From NCBI RefSeq assembly GCF_963506605.1, contig NC_083290.1, forward strand, positions 29,822,001-29,886,000: a DNA stretch of 64,000 nt, given 5' to 3'. Shown piece by piece: positions 57,465-64,000 of the stretch. Both the position numbers and the translations under genes were made by a program. The stretch comes from Zootoca vivipara. Taxonomy: Eukaryota. Within the stretch, counting starts at the first letter, position 1. Every line of letters begins with the position of its first letter. The notes below the pieces were generated by a model. That model saw only the letters and a list, made by a program, of their open reading frames with translations, made no database searches and was not told the DNA's origin.

Positions 57465-60400
57465 TCAACAAGCAACAGTGCCTTTTATAGATACTGGAGG
57501 ATGCACACTTGGCTGCAGTGGGGTTTCCTCCATGCCATCCAGGTTTAGTGAGGATCCGAGGCCAAAGAGAGACCTCATCAGTTCTGGGGAAAGAGGGAAG
57601 CAAATACAAACTGTCAGGGCTGGTGGCCCCATCAGTTGATCAAGGTGACTTCCATGCTCGGGAAGCCAACAGAGAGAAGTTAGGTTTGCTAAAAGTGGAA
57701 CTGCTTGCCAGATCCCTCCTCTATTTCAAGCTGTTCAGGTTCCCATCTCCTTCCTCTGGTACCTTCCCTCCTGGCCATGCTCACCCCCCTCTCCGGTTGC
57801 ACACCATCTTCCTGCCCACCTGGCCTGTCCATGCTCTGACGCATCAGCCTCACCAAGTCCTCTGGCAGCTCTTGCGTTTCCGCCCGAAACTTGCGCCATC
57901 CCTCTGTGGTCAACTTCCACATGCGGGACTTGCGTTTCCCATCAAGGCACACGAAGGCGGCTGTCTTCTCAAAGCTGCTGCTGAAGCACAGGTTGTGCCG
58001 GATGGTGTTTTTCCAGCCTTCTGGAGCTGTGCGGAAGAAGGGGAAGTGCTTCCTGGCAGGGAGGGAGGTCAGCAGAGTGGCTAGAGCAGGGCAGGTGGCC
58101 CCATGGAGGCAGCAGGTAAACCACCAATAGCACTGCAGTGTAACATTCTTTTCTGTCCCCAGGGATGCTTGTACCCCATGGACTGTGTAGGGAGGGCCCC
58201 GGGGGAAGGAGGAAATTACAGACTGCTTTCTAGCACCCAGTTAAGGTAAAGGTAAAAGGACCCCTGACCATTAGGTCCAGTCGTGACCGACTCTGGGGTT
58301 GCGGCGCTCATCTCGCATTATTGGCCAAGGGAGCCGGCGTACAGCTTCCGGGTCATGTGGCCAGCATGACAAAGCCGCTTCTGGCGAACCAGAGCAGCAC
58401 ACGGAAACGCCGTTTACCTTCCCGCTGTAGCGGTCCCTATTTATCTACTTGCATTTCGACGTGCTTTCAAACTGCTAGGTTGGCAGGAACTGGGACCGAG
58501 CAACAGGAGCTCACCCTGTCGCAGGGATTCGAACCGCCGACCTTCTGATCGGCAAGCTCTAGGCTCTGCGGTTTAACCCACAGCGCCACCTGCGTCCCAT
58601 AGCACCCAGTTATGCTGCCCACAATCATAGGAGACTCCGGCCAGAACATGCAGCTTTCAACATCAACTTGAGAGCAGCATCAAAGCCAAGCCAAGCCAGG
58701 AGAGGAAGGCAAAGTCAGAAGTCCCCTCTTTAGTCACTGAGCTTCATCTTCATCCATCATCTGCCTCTCCTGGCCCCCACCTGCCCACCCCACTGCTCAT
58801 GGGCAGGTACCTTATGAACTGGTAGATATCTTGCACTGTCAGGCTGCTGCTCACGCTGCTGCTCAGGGCAAGGCTGATGAGGATGCAGTAATTAAGAGGT
58901 GGGCGGGGCCAGTCCCCCAGGGTCCTCTTCAGCTTCCTGGCATGGGATCGGAGGACCTTTGCTTTCCAGGGTGCCCAGGTAGACCGACGGGTGCCCCTCG
59001 ACTTCTGAGAAAGCTGGGAGGCATCATCTTCCTGGGGGACCTGGAACCGTAAGATTGTGGGAAGGAAGCAGGGACCCTTGGTAACATTTCTCCTTTATTT
59101 ACAGGCCAGCAGATTGAGCTGTGGCCAGAGAAAAAATTGCCCCACACGTGACAGTTACCAGCCCCGTATGGGTAGCCTGGCTCTCCAAACAAGGGTTTAC
59201 CAAACTCGAGTCACCAGCTGTTTTTTGAGTACAATTCCCACTATCCCTGACCACTGGTACTGCTAGCTAGGAATGATGGGAGTTGTAGTCCAAAAGCAAC
59301 TGGAGACCCAAGTTTGGGAAACCCTGCAGAAAGGAGGACTGGCCCTGACCACCCATTCCTACCTTCCTTGGAAGCTTTTAATATTTTGCATTGTTTCCTA
59401 GCAATGTTTTGATACCAAAGTGAAAGGTGGGATTCAAACATTTTAATTAATTAAAAACAGAACTGACACATAGGCTGGTGGCTCCCATTAAAATCAGGAG
59501 AGCCAGCCCAGATTAGAGCCAAGCTATAGTTCATGCCAAAACAGTCCAGAAGGTAATCTTTCCGCCACTGAATTGATGGCCTTGTCTCCACAGACCTCTC
59601 TAGCGGCTGGACAAGATGAAGGCAGTGGTGCCACCACGGAGGCATGCCCAGGGATGCTGCAGGCCAGGTTTGGGTTCACCCACATCCATGGGTGGGGCTG
59701 TGGGTCAGACTCTGCAGGGAGAGAAAGCAAAGGGCTTCAGCTGGATTGCTGCGCTGCATGCAATCCCACACTCCACAACAAACCTAGGAACATCAGAAGT
59801 AGCCTTACAGCCAAGTCAGACCACTGATCCATCTAGCTCAGCACTGCCAAAACCACCAGCAATAACTCCCCAGGATTTAAGGCAAGAGTCTCCTTTCCCA
59901 GCCCTGTCTTGGAGAGGCCAAAGGGGACAGGACCTGGGGTTCTCTGAGCGCAAATCAAGTGCTCCACTACGGAGCTGCTACGGTGTCCTTTGTCCTTTAA
60001 GCCTCTCCCTGCCACTCACAGCTGGAGTGGTGGACATCCCAATCCGCTAGTTGCTGGAGAAGGCAATTCTCAGTGGAAGGTCGATTCTTCCGCCCCTCAA
60101 CAGAAGCTCGGCGGCCTCTTGCTTACCCGGGGCAGGAGGGTGCAGGACCCGTGTCATTCTGCGCATTGTCAGCTGTTCCAAGCGCCTTATCATCAGGCCA
60201 CGAGCGCTCCTGGTGTCCTCGGGAGCTAAGGGGCAGAAGGGCACACATTAAGCGGGCCAGCTGTACACACACGCAGACACACGCTTCCTCACATGTAGCC
60301 GAGTTTCTTCTGCAAACTCCCGATGGTGTCGCTGCCCGAGGGGGCGGGCGCTCGCGAGAACCTGGCCTCAAAAAGATGCTGGTGTAGGGCTGGGAGAGGG

Positions 60401-63400
60401 CTCTTCGTTTGACCCACTCACTCCTGCCCTACAACCCCAGAGCCCTGCTGCGGAGGCTCCCCCAAAACTTTCAGGTGGGCCGAGGAACTCCAGGAAACTC
60501 CCGCCGGTGTGGCAGGTGGTCGCAAGCATGGGCGTATCCAGGATCAAAACTAGGGGGGGGGGCAAGCCATGGTTCAGGAGGCTGGCTGCTCCACATTGGC
60601 ACCCAGGGCCGTCTTAGCATATCCGACGATCCCTCCAGCGTCTGCCCTTTCCCAGAGTTGTTGACCTTTTTTAAGGGGGGGGGACCCCAAGGTTGTTGAC
60701 CTTTTTTATGAAAGGTTCCCCAGAGTTGCTGACCTTTTTTAAGGGAGCTGACACCACCACGCTTACACTCTTAAATCTCAGGGTTGTGGTTCCAAGCCCC
60801 ATGTTGGGCAAAGGATTCCTGCATTGGAGGGGGTTGGACTAGATGACCCTGGTGGTTCCCTTCCAACTCTGTGAATGGTTCTGTTATTCTGTTGTATCTG
60901 AAGGCCTGTTCACAGGGAAGATGCAGCAAACTTGTTTTGTGAGAGATGCTTGTGGTGTGATTCCTGCACTGGAGGGGGTTGGTCTAGAGGACCCTTGGGG
61001 GTCCCTTCCAACCATCCAGTTCTGTGATACTATGATTAAAATACTCAGCAAAGGTGTGCAGAATAGAGACAGATACATATTATTTCCATCTGAAAAGTTG
61101 GTATTGAGGGTTGTCTTCATGCATACAAAGAACAAGGAAAGGCAAATGTGAAGAATAACCAACAGAAACAAAACCATGGTGTGTGCATTTTTATAACAAA
61201 ATAAATCTACATTAGAGTTGTTGTTTTAGTTGCAGGATACATTTCCCCCCTTTTTTGTGGTTTTGAGTGATCTATATCCATACCTTTGAATTGATAAACA
61301 TGTCTTAAGTTTGCTTCAGAAAATTAAGAATTCACAGCTCCCCAAACCCATTTGAGAAATTTCTTGATACTGATGTTTATGTAGTCACGAGGTGCAGTTT
61401 AGATATATTCTGGGGGAGGGGGATTTGTTATCCAATTTCTTTATCTTCTTACTTCAGTTTCCCAGGGCTTTGTTTATTTATTCTTAAACAATTCAAAAAC
61501 AACAACCCTTTTTTGCTGTACAAATTTGATGAAAAGATGATCTACATGCAGCACTCTTCTCTGGTGCTAAGTGATGGAGGGGAGAAACACATGTTAACAA
61601 AGGGGGGGGGGACGCTTCTCAGTCAGCTCATAATGTTCCCTGATGTTCAATTGGGATTGTATAGGGTATGCCTTAATGAAGGCAGGTGAGAAGGTGAAAA
61701 AGACCTAATGAGTGTGTTCCTTCTGCATTGAAAGATCACTTAGGAGCTGCAATAACTTTTGTGTTAGCAGAATGCACAAATTAGGTCTGAAATCATCACA
61801 TGCATACCAAGATCACAAAGGCCTGACTCTTGGTGCAGCAATAACCAATTTTGCACCTTGTGTCTTTTTCCCCCCCTCAAGGTTTGAATTTATGGTGATC
61901 TAGTGACAAGGGACCTAATTTTATTGTCCCCCCCTTTTTTTTTTTGCTTAGTGCATAAGGAATGTGGGAGAGAAAGTGTTCTCTACTGCATGCTCTGTTA
62001 AAGGAGTAGCTTTGACTAGCCAGTAGCTTGTGCAGTTTTTAAACTCCTGGAACAGTCCTCAGGGTAAGTCACACCATTTAAGATAGAACTTAGGTAAAGG
62101 GACCCCTGACCATTAGGTCCAGTCGTGACCGACTCTGGGGTTGCGCGCTCATCTCGCGTTATTGGCCGAGGGAGCCGGCGTATAGCTTCCAGGTCATGTG
62201 GCCAGCATGACAAAGCCGCTTCTGGCAAACCAGAGCAGCACATGGAAATGCCGTTTACCTTCCCGCTATAGCGGTTCCTATTTATCTACTTGCATTTTGA
62301 TGTGCTTTCGAACTGCTAGGTTGGCAGGAGCTGGGACCGAGCAACGGGAGCTCACCCCGTCACAGGGATTCGAACCGCCGACCTTCTGATCAGCAAGCCC
62401 TAGGGCTCAGTGGCTTAGCCCACAGCGCCACCTGGGTCCCTACAAGATAGAACTTAAGATACGTTAAAAAGCAGTTTAATTGGCTTTGGCTACAGTGCAG
62501 AAGTTTCTGTTCTTTAAAAGGCTCGTAAGAACTGTATAAGGGCTCTCCCAACCAACCACACTCACAGATTCCATGAGAAATCCCTCCGAAACACTGGTTG
62601 CTGGGCGACGAGAACGAGCTGCAGGCTCAGACTATTAAGAGCAATTTAGGTGGCTGGGCAAGAGGACAACTGAGCAGGCAAGATAAAGTCACAATAAAGC
62701 TAACTACTTGCCCCAATGAGCTAGGCTGACCTTCACTGGCCGAAGATGGGGGGGGGGAGCCACACTCCCACAAAGACAACTAAAATAAAATAAAATAAAA
62801 CAGTCCTGCAGCCGGGACACGCTTCCCTCAGCCACACAAAGATATGTTATTCATCCCAACAAGCCAAGCCAAGCAGCAGCAGGAAGGGAAAAAACGCTCC
62901 AAGATGCAAGAAGGGAAAAACGCTCAGCCACGCTCCCAGATGCACCCCTCCCCACCAAAAGCCTTTGCTAAACTGTAAAGCAGTTAAAAGGCAGAACATG
63001 CCCAATTAGGAAGTAATCAGCAAAGAAAAAAGCCTCGGAAACAAGACCCACCCACCCCCCAGGTACAAGCCCTGATCCCTGAACGTTACCACTCCCAGGG
63101 AGAAGGAATCTATTCCGCTTCTGTGAACAAGCCAGGAAAAGCTGAAAGGGGCGAGCGGCGAGGTGCTGCCGGCTCAAAACCCAAGGTAATCAGCTGAGCG
63201 AAGGAGAACTGGAGGCAATAAGGATGGATGACTTAGGGCTGCCGCGGCTGTTTGAATGCAACTAAACCCCACCCCCGAGCCAGCCCTATTGGGCTGGGTG
63301 CAGTAGGCAGGGCGTGGCAGCTGGGACGGCTAAGGCAAGGAGCCGATAGCCCCCTTGCCAACGCGGGGAACCGGCTCCCGCTCACAACTCCTCCCCTTTG

Positions 63401-63873
63401 AGAGGCTTTGCCGGAGAGACAGCCAGGGAAGGAGCGGGGAGGAGGACGGGGAGCCGCTTTTGCCACACTTATTTTTAAGCTTATTTTTTGCTTCTAGGAG
63501 GGGGCAACGGCCCCCCTGGCTACGCCCCTGGTCGCAAGCCTGACCTGCGACCGATGCAGCGGGTTGGCACCTACCGGTATTCCTTTCCCGCGGTGTTAGG
63601 GGAGGCGCTCTGCACATGCCCAAAGAGGCTTCCTCCCCCCTTCCTCTCCTCCCCCAGATCACGCAAGCCTCCTTTTGCCCCCAGAATGAATGCCTTCGCC
63701 CCCAGGGAAAGGAAAGGGTCAGTGGCCAGGAAGAACTTCAGGCCAGCCTCACCGTGGGGCAGCTCGTCGCAGATAGTGCTCAAGCCCAGCTCCTTCCTCA
63801 TGTTCCAGTCCCAAAGGCCACTGCACAGGTGGAGGTTGGCCCAAAAAGCCGGCCTTTTCAAGCGCAACTCCAT
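57465..63873 (-). CDS. FOXR1: Forkhead box protein R1 (FoxN5); complete CDS
   Basis: N-terminus MELRLKRPAFWANLH...WDWNMRKEL, motif PWMWVNPN, forkhead WPRPPLNY...HFPFFRTAPEGWKNTIRHNLCFSSSFEK. Exons: 63873-63753, 60225-60127, 59711-59596 (weak donor, less certain), 59040-58811, 58052-57820, 57583-57465. Syntenic position next to CENATAC. Confidence 0.9.
58243..58598 (-). mobile_element. Full-length Sauria-type SINE
   Basis: As 23195-23549. 13-bp TSD TAGCACCCAGTTA (58231-58243, 58600-58612). Confidence 0.92.
59192..59325. mobile_element. Palindromic MITE of the 6504-6637 family
   Basis: AGGGTTTACCAAACT ... AGTTTGGGAAACCCTG with the same internal hairpin. TSD not clear. Confidence 0.65.
62092..62440 (-). 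mobile_element. Full-length Sauria-type SINE
   Basis: As above. 13-bp TSD AAGATAGAACTTA (62080-62092, 62444-62456). Confidence 0.92.
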
Positions 63874-64000
63874 AAGAACTACACTGCAAACTCCGCGGGG
63901 CAGATATCTTTGCGGGGCGGGGCGAGGCGTGGTGCGCTTCGCACCTTTAGAAGCCGGGCCGGGAAGGGCGGAGCCGCTGATCTACCCCGACACGTGACTG

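Overview
Vertebrate genomic DNA, almost certainly from a squamate reptile and probably a lacertid lizard (Sauria-type SINEs, a BovB LINE, a Penelope fragment). The window is syntenic with human 11q23.3 and holds seven spliced genes in conserved order: VPS11 (-, 5' part only), HYOU1 (+), SLC37A4 (+), TRAPPC4 (-), RPS25 (+), CENATAC/CCDC84 (-) and FOXR1 (-). Exons were traced by hand from splice signals, reading phase and recalled orthologue sequences. No prokaryotic features or CRISPR arrays were seen. The strongest candidate for a new system is CENATAC intron 5. It clusters U12-type donor and branch-point motifs, a stop-containing cryptic exon and poly(A) signals, and every alternative route traced gives a truncated or NMD-type transcript. 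This suggests minor-spliceosome feedback on a minor-spliceosome factor, and a textbook AT-AC intron lies nearby in VPS11. Other leads are a duplicated donor that would remove the NDEL ER-retention tail of HYOU1, a minimal hammerhead ribozyme in a Penelope insertion, a Tc1 end resembling fish/amphibian elements, repeated hAT-MITE insertion into one SINE motif, and a probable stop-loss extension of FOXR1. All functional claims are inference; no searches were run.
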